This document shows positions 9,396 to 20,200 of a stretch of DNA of 64,000 bases, piece by piece. Origin of the DNA: Candidatus Poriferihabitaceae bacterium (GTDB lineage: Bacteria; Pseudomonadota; Gammaproteobacteria; Arenicellales; Poriferihabitantaceae); assembly GCA_965214205.1 (NCBI GenBank), contig OZ243941.1, forward strand, positions 736,154 through 800,153. Direction: 5' to 3'. A program made the translations under genes and the position numbers. The notes under the pieces are model-generated. The model was not told the DNA's origin. It saw only the letters and a program-made list of their open reading frames with translations, and made no database searches. How positions within the stretch are numbered: position 1 is the first letter of the stretch; each line of letters starts with the position of its first letter.

Positions 9396-9715
9396 CCGGG
9401 GATATGTTTGATGGATTCGGTGTTTCTATGGTGGTCGACCCGTTTTTCCTTATGCTTTATGACCTGCCTGTCGAGCTTGTGCGCCAGCGCGTCAATTGCC
9501 GAATACATGTCTTCCGCAGTGCTTGAAGCGTGAATCATGGCTCCTTTCGTATTTACGGTGGCTTCTGCGATATGTCGGGTTTTTTCGACATGCAGTACCA
9601 CATTTGTCTTGGTGACAGAGTCAAAATGCCGGGCAATCTTTTCGACTTTTTCTGACACGTGATGATACAGGGAATCGGTTATTTCAAGATGTTGACCACT
9701 TACAGATATTTGCAT
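9392..9715 (-). CDS. hpf: ribosome hibernation promoting factor
   Basis: MQISVSGQHLEITDSLYHHVSEKVEKIARHFD is the typical HPF/YfiA N-terminus. An SD (GGAG) precedes the ATG at 9715. Confidence 0.85.
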   Translation of the reverse strand: MQISVSGQHLEITDSLYHHVSEKVEKIARHFDSVTKTNVVLHVEKTRHIAEATVNTKGAMIHASSTAEDMYSAIDALAHKLDRQVIKHKEKRVDHHRNTESIKHIPG

Positions 9716-9888
9716 AAATTCGCTCCAGGGTTTTGTGTTGATTATGGGCTCCCGACAATCGGACAATGAAGACCGCAGCCGACATGGATCCAGGGTTATC
9801 GGGAATTCGGATCGTTGGCTGCTCTTTATGGCGCATGGTTCCAGTGTACCGCAAAAAGACAGGGAATGCAGGTGGCTTCATCGGCGGG

Positions 9889-10614
9889 TCACATCTTGAA
9901 GTCGCGGCCAAGATAGACATCTCTGGCCCTTTCATCGGCCATGATGGTCTCCGGCGGCCCGGAAACCAGTACTTGTCCGCGGTGCAACAGGTATGCCCGG
10001 TCACAGATGCCGAGGGTCTCCCGGACATTATGGTCGGTAATCAACACGCCGATTCCCTTTTGTTTGAGCATTTCAATGATGTGCCGGACCTCCTGAACCG
10101 CGATCGGATCAATCCCGGCGAAAGGTTCATCGAGCAGAATGAATTTGGGTTCGAGGGCCAGCGCCCGGGCAATTTCCACCCGTCGTTGTTCACCGCCTGA
10201 CAATTGAATGGTCTGTTTGTCCCTGAGTTCCAGAATACCGAATTCTTCAAGAAGTTCTTCGCTGATCCGGTGTTGCTCTTCCTTGTTGTGTTTTCCCGAT
10301 ATTTCGAGTACCGCGAGCAGATTCTGTTCAGTGGTCAACTTCCTGAATACCGAGTGCTCCTGAGGTAGATAGCCGATCCCTCTTCGCGCCCGTTCGTGCA
10401 TGGGCAGGTCGGTGATATCTTCATCATCCAGGCTGATTACTCCCTCATCACATTGAACCAGCCCGATCACCATATTGAAGCTGGTTGTCTTGCCGGCTCC
10501 GTTGGCGCCCAGTAATCCGACCACCTCCGAGTCGGATACAGTCAGGTCAATCCCGTTGACAACCGTGACCCGCCGATATTTCTTTTTCAGCCCTGTGGTA
10601 GTCAGACTTCTCAT
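9889..10614 (-). CDS. lptB: LPS export ABC transporter ATP-binding protein LptB
   Basis: GLLGANGAGKTT Walker A, LSGGEQRRVEIARAL signature, 241 aa, downstream of lptA. Confidence 0.9.
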   Translation of the reverse strand: MRSLTTTGLKKKYRRVTVVNGIDLTVSDSEVVGLLGANGAGKTTSFNMVIGLVQCDEGVISLDDEDITDLPMHERARRGIGYLPQEHSVFRKLTTEQNLLAVLEISGKHNKEEQHRISEELLEEFGILELRDKQTIQLSGGEQRRVEIARALALEPKFILLDEPFAGIDPIAVQEVRHIIEMLKQKGIGVLITDHNVRETLGICDRAYLLHRGQVLVSGPPETIMADERARDVYLGRDFKM

Positions 10615-10666
10615 GGAGCGGCAAACTGTCCTTCAATCATTTCATGAAGCAGTTTGTTCGGCAGGA

Positions 10667-11203
10667 TCACTCGGTCTCCTTTTTCCTTGGCTGGGTAACC
10701 ATCCTGACCCTGGAACTGCCTTGTGACTCGCTGCCGCCATCGGATTGCGCGCTCTGCCGGCTTCCGGTTATTCTGGCCTTCCTTGTAGCCAGACTGTAAC
10801 TGACCTTGTCCCCGGTAACGATCGAATCGCCCTGTTCAATCCTGGCCTGGCTTTCCAGCAGCAACAGGTCATTCTGGTGATTCAGCGTGATTTTCAGCGC
10901 CGAGGACTTCACGTCTGTATCCTGGTTCTGAAGCCGTTGTTTGAATCGCGCAGGTTCACCCGTACAAATTGCCTCTTCCAATACCTGATTGTCATCCAGA
11001 TAGGTCACCAGTTTATCACAATTCAGGCGCATACTGCCTTGAGTGAACACTACATTGCCCCGGTAGATCCGCACCCCTTTGGTGAAATCAATTTCCATGT
11101 CATCCGCATCCAGGAAAGCGGGCTGGTTCACGTCGTCATCCAGCGCCCAGGCTGTTTGAACCAGCAGACACAACAGGAATCCGGTAATGGTCCGGTTCAG
11201 CAT
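10667..11203 (-). CDS. lptA: LPS transport periplasmic protein LptA
   Basis: Signal peptide followed by an OstA-like beta-jellyroll sequence (ADDMEIDFTKG...YRGNVVFTQGSMRL). Position is between lptC and lptB. Confidence 0.8.
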   Translation of the reverse strand: MLNRTITGFLLCLLVQTAWALDDDVNQPAFLDADDMEIDFTKGVRIYRGNVVFTQGSMRLNCDKLVTYLDDNQVLEEAICTGEPARFKQRLQNQDTDVKSSALKITLNHQNDLLLLESQARIEQGDSIVTGDKVSYSLATRKARITGSRQSAQSDGGSESQGSSRVRMVTQPRKKETE

Positions 11204-11222
11204 TCTTTTTCTCTCCCTTTCA

Positions 11223-11666
11223 TCATTTGCTTTTCAGGTTTATCGTCATTTTATCCGATGTCGCCACACTGCGGGGAACTCCGTCCCAGTTGTCTACAAC
11301 CCGGACATTTCCATCCAGGAAAACAGTGGACTGATCATCGTATACCCACCCTGTGTCCGCATAAGTATGGCTCAGGGCCTGATCGGACCCGTATTGTATG
11401 ACTTGCGGATTGTTCAGCAGCGAGCGGCCAGTGGCGGGATAATGCACCAGCCTGTCCGCAATGATCCGGTATTTCCTTTCGTTTTCCCCGATGGTGGTCG
11501 ATGTCAGGTTCTCGATAAAATAGTCTGGATCATTCGCTCCGGGGGCGTCTGCGCTATCCGACTCGCCCAGCAGATCGAGCTGATTCCAGGCAGACGACAG
11601 GGAGATAACGATGAATATTCCGGCCAGTACTCCGACCAACAGCAGGTTGTCCCTGAGCAGGCGCAT
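11223..11666 (-). CDS. lptC: LPS export protein LptC (short, 147 aa)
   Basis: Single N-terminal TM helix and a position immediately upstream of lptA. The assignment rests partly on synteny. Confidence 0.65.
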   Translation of the reverse strand: MRLLRDNLLLVGVLAGIFIVISLSSAWNQLDLLGESDSADAPGANDPDYFIENLTSTTIGENERKYRIIADRLVHYPATGRSLLNNPQVIQYGSDQALSHTYADTGWVYDDQSTVFLDGNVRVVDNWDGVPRSVATSDKMTINLKSK

Positions 11667-11669
11667 GGA

Positions 11670-12680
11670 TTATATCACGCCACTGCGGAGCAGATCATGA
11701 GTGTTCAGCGCCCCCACCACATGATAGTTTTCGTCCACCACGAAAAGGCAATTGATCGCGTGAGGCCCCTGTTGCGCAAAATCCCTCATGATTTTGACAA
11801 TTTCCTCCGCCAATGTATCCGGGCCGATGGTAAACGGGTTCCTGGTCATCAAATCACCCGCTTTACTCCGGTACACATTGACCTCTTTTTCCAATGCCCG
11901 CCGTAAATCCCCATCGGTGAACATGCCCAATAATCGGTTGTTCTGGTCCACCACACCAACCATCCCCAGGGATTTGGAGGACATTTCGAGTAACAGCCTG
12001 TCCATGGTTGACTGCTCCCTGACCAGGGGAAGGTTATCGCCCGTGTGCATCAGGTCGCGGGCATACAGCAACAAGCGCTTGCCCAGCATGCCGCCGGGAT
12101 GGGTTCGGGCAAAATCCTGGATTGAAAACCCGCGCAGCTTCTGCACCGCCACCGCCAGCGCATCGCCCATGACCAGGGTCGCGGTTGTGCTCGCGGTCGG
12201 CGCGAGGTTGTGCGGGCACGCTTCCTTGTCCACGCCGACATCCAGATTGGCATCGGATTGCTGCGCCAGTGTCGAGACCGGGTTGCCGCTCATCGCAATC
12301 ATTTTAATCCCGAGCCGCTTGACGATCGGAATGATCGAAATGACCTCCACGGTTTCGCCTGAATTGGAGATCGCGATAACCAGGTCACGGGTGGTCAGCA
12401 TTCCCAGATCGCCGTGGCTGGCTTCTCCCGGATGCAGGAAAAAGGCGGGTGTCCCGGTACTCGCCAGGGTGGCTGCAATCTTGCCGCCGATATGCCCCGA
12501 TTTACCCATGCCAATCACGACAACCCGCCCCTCGCACTGAAGTATCATGTCGCAGGCCTTGCTGAATCCACTGTCCAGGCGGTCCGGCAGGGCCAGCACA
12601 GCGGCCGCCTCTATTTCAATCACAGAGCGCGCGTGACTGACAGGATCGATTTCGGATTTCGGGCCGGGCATGGTTGACAT
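11670..12680 (-). CDS. kdsD: arabinose-5-phosphate isomerase KdsD (SIS + tandem CBS)
   Basis: VVVIGMGKSGHIG and ISNSGET SIS motifs, with C-terminal CBS pair. Confidence 0.9.
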   Translation of the reverse strand: MSTMPGPKSEIDPVSHARSVIEIEAAAVLALPDRLDSGFSKACDMILQCEGRVVVIGMGKSGHIGGKIAATLASTGTPAFFLHPGEASHGDLGMLTTRDLVIAISNSGETVEVISIIPIVKRLGIKMIAMSGNPVSTLAQQSDANLDVGVDKEACPHNLAPTASTTATLVMGDALAVAVQKLRGFSIQDFARTHPGGMLGKRLLLYARDLMHTGDNLPLVREQSTMDRLLLEMSSKSLGMVGVVDQNNRLLGMFTDGDLRRALEKEVNVYRSKAGDLMTRNPFTIGPDTLAEEIVKIMRDFAQQGPHAINCLFVVDENYHVVGALNTHDLLRSGVI

Positions 12681-12740
12681 GGTTTAGCTACAAGGTAGAG
12701 TATATCAAAAGGCGCAATCATAATTGACAGAGAATGAACC

Positions 12741-13061
12741 ATGACTGAATTACCTGAAATAAACGATCTCCAGAGCACCCGAATTGAAGCGGCGGTTTTC
12801 AGGAAAATGATCGATCACTTGCGTAGAAACCCGGAGGTGCAGAATATCGACCTGATGAACCTGGCCTATTTTTGCCGCAACTGTTTCTCCAAATGGTACA
12901 TGAGCGCCGCTCGCGACCAGGGCATCGAGCTCGACTACGATCAGGCGAGGGAAATCATCTACGGTATGCCGTACAGTGAATACAAGGCCGCGTATCAGGA
13001 AAAAGCCACCCCGGAGCAACTGGATAAATACCAGGAAAGCCAGAAAAAAGCGACTGAATGA
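12741..13061 (+). CDS. DUF1244 family protein
   Basis: IEAAVFRKMIDHLR...VQNIDLMNLAYFCRNCFSKWY...IYGMPYSEYK matches my memory of DUF1244. Confidence 0.7.
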   Translation: MTELPEINDLQSTRIEAAVFRKMIDHLRRNPEVQNIDLMNLAYFCRNCFSKWYMSAARDQGIELDYDQAREIIYGMPYSEYKAAYQEKATPEQLDKYQESQKKATE

Positions 13062-13062
13062 C

Positions 13063-13127
13063 TTGTTGAGCGTATAATGGATTCTGCACTCAACAAACGA
13101 GCTTGTTGCAACCAGAGACTCAACAAG
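13063..13127. terminator. two tandem hairpins built from four alternating copies of one heptamer, between convergent genes
   Basis: TTGTTGAG (13063-70) pairs with CTCAACAA (13089-96). CTTGTTG (13102-08) pairs with CAACAAG (13121-27). Confidence 0.4.
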
Positions 13128-13142
13128 ATCAGGATATGGGCG

Positions 13143-15497
13143 TCAAAACAGCGATTCGTTAGTCGGTTCGCTGTCGGCCGCATCGGGGCCCGCACTCTTC
13201 GGACCGACCGCGTCATCGGGTTCGGTGCCAGTCAGATAATATTCCAGATACCCGTCCGGATCATCCGGTGGAGTGGGTTTTGCGGTTTCCCGGTTGATAA
13301 AGCGGGTGGTTATGTTTTCCGGGATGACTTCGGGTTTTTCCGGGTAGTCCGGTAGAACACGGCCCATGAAATCAATCCAGATCGGCAGGGCGGCGCTTGC
13401 TCCGGATTCCCGTCTGCCCAGATGGGAGGGTTCGTCAAAACCCACGAAAACCGTGGTGATCACATCCGGGCTGAACCCGGAAAACCACGCATCCCGGAAA
13501 TTGTTGGTGGTGCCTGTCTTGCCAGCCAAGTCGGAGCGGTTCAGTGATTGCGACCGCCGTCCCGTACCACTTACCATGACCTGCTTCATGAGGCTCCGGG
13601 TCAAAAAGGCATTCTGGGCAGAGATCACCCGTTGCGGGGGTTGATAATCGGGCAGAGTAACCGGATTGCCCTCGGCATCCTCGATCTTTTCGATCAGGTA
13701 AGGCGTAACCTGCAAGCCTCCATTCGCGATAATGGCAAAACTGGATGCCAGATTAAGTGGCGTGACACTGGTGCTACCGAGGGCAAGAGAGAAACTCTTG
13801 GGCAGTTTTTCCGGTTCGAACCCGAATCTGGCGAGATGTTCGATAGTTGTATCTAACCCCATTGCACGAAGCAGGCGAACGGATACCAGATTGAGAGAGA
13901 GACTGAGCGCCTTGCGTAACCGGGTGGGACCGAAAAACTTCTTGCTGTAGTTTTGCGGCTTCCAGATCCCTTCCAGATCGTCTTCTACGATGACCGGCGT
14001 AGCGCTCACCTTGCTGGAAGCGGTGAAACCATTGTCAAGCGCCGCCGAATAAATAAATGGTTTGATATTCGACCCTGGCTGGCGTTCAGCCTGAGTGGCG
14101 CGATTGAATTTGCTCAGATAATAATCGAATCCGCCGGTCAGTGACAGGATTGCGCCGCTATGTGGATCCAGGCTGACCAAGGCGCCGGATACCTCCGGTA
14201 ATTGAGAGAGCATCCAGTTGTTTTCGTCCAGTTCTCTCAGATAGATGACATCACCCGTAGCGAGGATGTCACTGACGGCGTTCAATGCAGGCCCGATACT
14301 ATTGACTGCGATATATTTCCTGCCCCATTGAATATTTTTCCATTCAACCGTGACCCTATCGCCCCGGTTGTTGAGCGCCTCGAACGATTGCTCGGAGACG
14401 GTGGTCACAACAGCCGGTATCAGCTCCCTGCTGGACGGGTATTCTGACAGTGTGTCGAGCAGATTCTGTGCGGAGGCTCCGGCTTCGGATAGTGTGGCCG
14501 GATCAATCTTGCCGACCGGGCCCTTGAATCCATGGCGCATCGTGTAATCAATGAGACCCTGTCGCAGCGCCTGGCTCGCTTTTTTCTGGTATTCACTGTG
14601 TACCGTGACGGTGACGTTCAAGCCCTTCCGATAGACCTCCTCACCCATTCGGTCGAACAGGAGGCGTCTCGCCATTTCCGATACATACGGAGCCTGGAAA
14701 TCGACGTCGGCAACATGAAGCCTGGCTGTAATGGGCGCCTTGCTGGCGGTTTCCAGGCTGAGCTCGTCGATTCTGCCGAGTTCATGCAGTCGGCTTAAAA
14801 CATGGGCACGTCTTTCTCTGGCTCGTTCCGGGTTGGATATTGGGTTGTCTCTGGAGGGAGCTTTAGGTAAGCCGGCCAGCATACAGATTTCTGGCAGACT
14901 GAGCTCCGCAAGACTGGCGCCGTAGTAGATCTGCGCCGCCGCGGCAAAACCATAAGAGCGGTAGCCGAGGAAAACCTTGTTCAGATAGAGTTCCAGGATT
15001 TCGTCCTTGGTCAAGGCTCGCTCCAGCTTGAATGCCAGCAGCATTTCCTTCAGTTTCCGGGTATAGGTTTTCTCCGGGTCCAGGAAGAAATTCCGCGCCA
15101 CCTGCATCGTGATTGTACTGGCGCCCTGACTGCGCGAACGAGTCATGAAATTGCTGATCGCGGCGCGGGCAAGACCCGGGAAGTCCACCCCGGTATGATG
15201 GTAGAATTGATCGTCCTCGGTCACCAGCAGGGCGTCTATCAGAAGCGGCGGGGTTTCATCAAGGGTGACCGGAATCCGTCTTTCCTCACCGTATTCGGCG
15301 ATCAGTTTCTGGTCGGAGCTGTAGATCCGAAGCGGGATATTCAGGGGTATCTGTCGAATCTCATCGACAGACGGCAGGCCAGGCAACAATGAGGCGGCGT
15401 AAAGAACCAGCCCGATAGCCATGGTGAAGCCGAAAACCAATCCGAACGAGACGAGTTTCAGTACTATTTTTCCCAGAAATCTGATTGACACGGACAA
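13143..15497 (-). CDS. mrcA: penicillin-binding protein 1A (bifunctional glycosyltransferase/transpeptidase)
   Basis: 784 aa. GT51 motifs (TEDDQFYHHTGVD, GASTITMQVARN) and transpeptidase motifs (SNIKPF, KTGTTN). Confidence 0.9.
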   Translation of the reverse strand: MSVSIRFLGKIVLKLVSFGLVFGFTMAIGLVLYAASLLPGLPSVDEIRQIPLNIPLRIYSSDQKLIAEYGEERRIPVTLDETPPLLIDALLVTEDDQFYHHTGVDFPGLARAAISNFMTRSRSQGASTITMQVARNFFLDPEKTYTRKLKEMLLAFKLERALTKDEILELYLNKVFLGYRSYGFAAAAQIYYGASLAELSLPEICMLAGLPKAPSRDNPISNPERARERRAHVLSRLHELGRIDELSLETASKAPITARLHVADVDFQAPYVSEMARRLLFDRMGEEVYRKGLNVTVTVHSEYQKKASQALRQGLIDYTMRHGFKGPVGKIDPATLSEAGASAQNLLDTLSEYPSSRELIPAVVTTVSEQSFEALNNRGDRVTVEWKNIQWGRKYIAVNSIGPALNAVSDILATGDVIYLRELDENNWMLSQLPEVSGALVSLDPHSGAILSLTGGFDYYLSKFNRATQAERQPGSNIKPFIYSAALDNGFTASSKVSATPVIVEDDLEGIWKPQNYSKKFFGPTRLRKALSLSLNLVSVRLLRAMGLDTTIEHLARFGFEPEKLPKSFSLALGSTSVTPLNLASSFAIIANGGLQVTPYLIEKIEDAEGNPVTLPDYQPPQRVISAQNAFLTRSLMKQVMVSGTGRRSQSLNRSDLAGKTGTTNNFRDAWFSGFSPDVITTVFVGFDEPSHLGRRESGASAALPIWIDFMGRVLPDYPEKPEVIPENITTRFINRETAKPTPPDDPDGYLEYYLTGTEPDDAVGPKSAGPDAADSEPTNESLF

Positions 15498-15624
15498 TAA
15501 TCAAGGATAAGAGTGATGGTTAAGAACCCCTCTGATGCAAGTCGTTGAAATCGCGTCTTTTACCCGAAATGCCATGGATAAAACTGCTTTCAAAAGGGCT
15601 GTTTTAGGGGTTATTATAGCCGTT

Positions 15625-16152
15625 ATGGAGAATATTTATCTGATTGGCCTGCCCGGTTCGGGAAAGACTACTGTGGGCAGAAGTCTGGCCCGGTTTCTGG
15701 GGCTGGACTTCATTGACACGGACCAGATGATCGAAGAGAGGACGGGTGTTTCCATCAGCCATATCTTTGAGATAGAAGGTGAAGCGGGATTCCGCAAGCG
15801 GGAAACCCGGTTGTTTGAAGAGGTCAGCAATGGCGCCCGGACCGTCATTTCCACTGGCGGCGGTATTATTCTGAGTGACGCCAACCGGAAACTGATGCGC
15901 CAGCGCGGACAGGTGATTTACCTGAAGGCATCAATGGATATTTTGTGGTCGAGGCTGAAGAATTGCCAGAATCGGCCCCTGCTGCAAACCCCGGACCCCC
16001 AGGCCAGAATCGCCGGGTTGATGAAAGAACGCGAACCACTGTACGACGCGCAAGCGGATCTGATTGTCGAGGTGACTTCGGAAACGGCGAACCGGACCGC
16101 CCGAAAAATTGCGAAGTTGATCACTAATCTTTCAGCGGGAGGAGCGTCATGA
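15625..16152 (+). CDS. aroK: shikimate kinase
   Basis: MENIYLIGLPGSGKTTVGR Walker A at the chosen ATG, with aroB overlapping downstream. Confidence 0.85.
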   Translation: MENIYLIGLPGSGKTTVGRSLARFLGLDFIDTDQMIEERTGVSISHIFEIEGEAGFRKRETRLFEEVSNGARTVISTGGGIILSDANRKLMRQRGQVIYLKASMDILWSRLKNCQNRPLLQTPDPQARIAGLMKEREPLYDAQADLIVEVTSETANRTARKIAKLITNLSAGGAS

Positions 16153-17231
16153 AAACCGTCCATGTTGGTCTTGGCGATCGAAGTTACGACATCCGCATCG
16201 CTCCCGGCATACTGGATGATCGCGAACAGTTGCGGCCATGGATTGGTGGCCGGCAGGTTTTTGTTATTACCAACGAAGTGGTGGCCCCGCTTTATCTGGA
16301 GAAAATAACAACCAGTCTGGACGGCAAGACAGTCGGACAAATCATCCTCAGGGACGGAGAGAGCGTCAAGACATTGCGTACCGCGGAGGAGATATTTGAC
16401 CGGATGATTGCGGTTTCGCTGGACCGTTCGGGTACAGTGATCGCATTGGGGGGAGGCGTGGTCGGCGATATAGCCGGATTTACTGCCGCCTGCTATCAAC
16501 GCGGCATTCCATTCATCCAGATACCCACGACATTGCTTTCCCAGGTCGATTCATCCGTTGGCGGCAAAACCGCGGTCAATCATCCACGGGGGAAGAACAT
16601 GATCGGCGCGTTCTATCAGCCGCGAAGAGTGTTGATTGACGCTTCAACCCTGTCCACCCTGGAGCCGAGGCAGTTTTCCTCCGGGGTCGCGGAAGTCATC
16701 AAATACGGGATGATCAATGATCCGCCGTTCTTCAGATGGCTGGAGGACAACATCGACCGGGTGATGGACCTGAATGAAAAGGCGCTGGAATACATGATCG
16801 AGCAATCCTGCCGTAACAAGGCGAATATCGTCGCTCAGGATGAGAAGGAAGCCGGTATCCGGGCATTGCTGAATCTGGGGCATACATTCGGCCACGCGAT
16901 TGAAACATCGACACAATACGCTGGTTGGCTGCATGGCGAAGCGATTGCCCTCGGCATGGTGATGGCCGGGTTCATGTCGAAAATACAAGGCGATTTCTCC
17001 GACCGGGAGCTGGCCCGTCTGGAATCGTTGCTGGACAGGGCGCGGTTGCCGACACAACCCTGTCAGGGTCTTTCAGCGCAAAAGCTGAAGGAGCTGATGA
17101 TGCTCGATAAAAAGGTCCGGGACGGGAAATTGCGGCTCGTGCTCCTGAAGGGAATTGGTCAGGCTTACGTCACGGATCAATATGACGAGACCGCGCTTGA
17201 CGCCACACTTGAATACTTCGCGCTGGATTGA
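16149..17231 (+). CDS. aroB: 3-dehydroquinate synthase
   Basis: 360 aa with ALGGGVVGDIAGF, SSVGGKTAVN and LNLGHTFGHAIE motifs. Confidence 0.9.
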   Translation: MKTVHVGLGDRSYDIRIAPGILDDREQLRPWIGGRQVFVITNEVVAPLYLEKITTSLDGKTVGQIILRDGESVKTLRTAEEIFDRMIAVSLDRSGTVIALGGGVVGDIAGFTAACYQRGIPFIQIPTTLLSQVDSSVGGKTAVNHPRGKNMIGAFYQPRRVLIDASTLSTLEPRQFSSGVAEVIKYGMINDPPFFRWLEDNIDRVMDLNEKALEYMIEQSCRNKANIVAQDEKEAGIRALLNLGHTFGHAIETSTQYAGWLHGEAIALGMVMAGFMSKIQGDFSDRELARLESLLDRARLPTQPCQGLSAQKLKELMMLDKKVRDGKLRLVLLKGIGQAYVTDQYDETALDATLEYFALD

Positions 17232-17273
17232 TACCCCACTAATGGTTAGAATGCCCGGTTCGATTCAAATTCC

Positions 17274-20200
17274 ATGCAACATCAGATGAGCGGATTACGT
17301 CCGAAAAAACAGGGCCTGTACGACCCGGCCAATGAACATGATTCATGCGGGGTCGGCTTTGTCGTCAATATAGACGGCGTGAAGAGCCATGAAATCATAA
17401 CCAGCGGGCTGACCATATTACGTAATTTGACCCACAGGGGGGCGGTCGGCGCGGACCCGAAAGCGGGTGACGGCGCCGGTATCCTGCTACAGTTACCGGA
17501 TGAATTTTTCCGCAACAGGATCGGGCAGGCGCTTCCGGCCAGCGGCCATTATGCGGTGGGTATGTTGTTCATGCCTGCGTCTTTGGCCGGACAGGCCGAG
17601 GCGAAGGGAGTGGTGGAGCGCTATGCGCTGGACGAAGGACAGACCGTGATTGCCTGGCGCAGGGTGCCGGTCAACAATGTCGACCTGGGCAAAAGCGTAT
17701 TACCGACCGAACCTGCAATCTGGCAGGTTGTGGTGGGGCGTGGAGCGGGTCTGGCTACCCAGGATGACTTTGAACGGAAACTGTTTGTCATTCGCAAACA
17801 GATCGAACGTCATATCCAGTTGTCCGATATACGGGGAAAGGATGATTTTTATATCACAACGCTGTCATCGAGGCTGATTAACTATAAGGGAATGCTGTTA
17901 TCCCATCAGGTTGGGGAATTCTATCCGGATCTGGTTGACCAGGATATGAAGTCCGCCATGGCTCTGGTGCATCAGCGTTTCTCCACCAATACTTTCCCCA
18001 CCTGGGATCTGGCGCACCCGTTCCGTATGATCGCGCACAACGGCGAGATCAATACCTTGCGCGGCAACATAAACTGGATGGCGGCCCGCAAGAGCACATT
18101 GTTCTCGGATGTGCTGGGCGATGACATCGACAAGGTCTGGCCGGTAATCCCGGAAGGCCAGTCGGATTCGGCGGCGTTCGACAATGCGCTGGAGCTACTG
18201 GTGGCTGGTGGCTATTCGCTCTCCCATGCGATGATGATGCTGATACCGGAAGCCTGGTCGGGCAATTCATTGATGGACCCGGGGCGGCGCGCTTTTTACG
18301 AATATCATGCGGCCCTGATGGAGCCGTGGGACGGACCGGCGGCGGTTGCCTTTACCGATGGCAAACAGATTGGGGCTACTCTGGACCGTAACGGACTGCG
18401 CCCGGCGCGATACTTGATCACCAAAGACAATATGGTCGTTATGGCGTCTGAAATGGGTGTGTTGCCGATACCCGAAGAAAATATCAGGAAGAAATGGCGT
18501 CTTCAACCGGGAAAAATGTTCCTGATTGATCTGGAGCAGGGCCGCATCATCGAAGATGAAGAAATCAAGAACCAGCTGGCTTCATCCAACAATTATCAGG
18601 AGTGGTTGAACCGCACCCAGATTGAACTCAAGTCCTTGCGTATCGCAGTCGGAGCGATGTCGCCGGACCCGGAGACTCTGCTGAAGACCCAGCAGGCCTT
18701 TGGTTATACCCAGGAAGACCTCAAGTTCCTGCTACTGCCGATGATTGAGCGTGGTGAGGAGGCTCTGGGTTCCATGGGTATGGATTCGCCACCGGCGGTC
18801 ATGTCGGACAAGCCGCGCCACATTTCCAATTACTTCAAGCAGAATTTCGCCCAGGTCACCAATCCCCCGATTGATCCGATCCGTGAAGAGCTGGTGATGG
18901 CGCTGTTCTCCCTGATTGGCCCTCGTCCGAATCTGTTCGGCCACAGTGACGGCGGTCAGGAGATGCGCTTGACCGTCGAGCAGCCGGTATTGACCAACAA
19001 CGAGTTGGAACGTATTCGACAGATCGAAGACCATACCGGCGGCGCGTTTCGCACCAAGACATTGACCATCTGTTATCAGGTCACAGAGGGAAAGCGGGGG
19101 CTGGCCGAGGCGCTCAGGATTTTATGCGGCAAAGCGGAACAGGCTATCCTGCAAAAGGGATTCAATATCCTGATTTTGTCTGACCGGCGGATGGACGCCG
19201 ACAGCATCGCCATTCCGGCGTTGCTGGCGACCTCTGCGGTGCACCATCATCTGATCCGGAAGGGATTGCGAACCAAGTCCGGTCTGGTGATCGAGACCGG
19301 CGCCTGTCTTGAAGTGCATCACTTCGCGACACTGGCCGGGTATGGGGCGGAGGCGATCAATCCTTATGTCGGGTTTGATACGGTCAATGCGCTGCTTGGC
19401 AATCTCGCGGAAAAGATTGACTTCGAAGAGGCGCAGGCGCGCTATATCAAGGCGGTCAACAAGGGATTGAAAAAGGTCATGTCGAAAATGGGTATCTCGA
19501 CCTTCCAGTCCTATTGCGGCGCCCAGATTTTTGACGCGGTCGGTTTGTCTCAGGAATTCGTGGATCAATACTTTACCGGCACAAGTTCACCGGTTCAGGG
19601 AATCGGCCTGAACGAAATTGCCGAGGACATGTTCACCTTGCATCAGCGCGCTTTTGGAGACCAACCCCTGTACCAGGACGCGTTGGACGCTGGGGGCGAT
19701 TACGCATTCCGGGTTCGCGGGGAGAGCCATGTGTGGAATCCGGAATCGGTATCCTACCTGCAGCATGCCGTGCGGGCCAACCATGCCGGAACCTGGCGGG
19801 AGTTTTCCGATCTCGTCAATACACAGGATAAGACACACTTCAATCTGCGAGGGTTGTTCGAGTTTGATTGGGCGCCATCCGCCATTCCGATAGACCAGGT
19901 GGAGCCAGCCTCGCAAATTGTCAAACGATTTTCAACCGGCGCCATGTCGTTTGGGTCGATTTCCCAGGAAGCCCATTCAACCCTCGCCATCGCGATGAAC
20001 AAAATTGGCGGGAAATCGAATACCGGCGAAGGCGGCGAAGAGGAAGAGCGTTACCGCCCATTGAAAGACGGGTCAGGCAACCCGAAGCGGTCCGCAATCA
20101 AACAGGTGGCGTCCGGACGGTTCGGGGCAACAGCGGATTATCTGGTGAATGCCGATGACATTCAGATCAAGATGGCGCAGGGCGCAAAGCCGGGCGAAGG

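Noticed and set aside
9716-9888. A degraded rpoN remnant between lptB and hpf.
   Set aside because: Translation of all frames of the 173-nt gap shows no RpoN-like sequence (no RpoN box, no HTH). It looks like plain intergenic DNA with the hpf SD.
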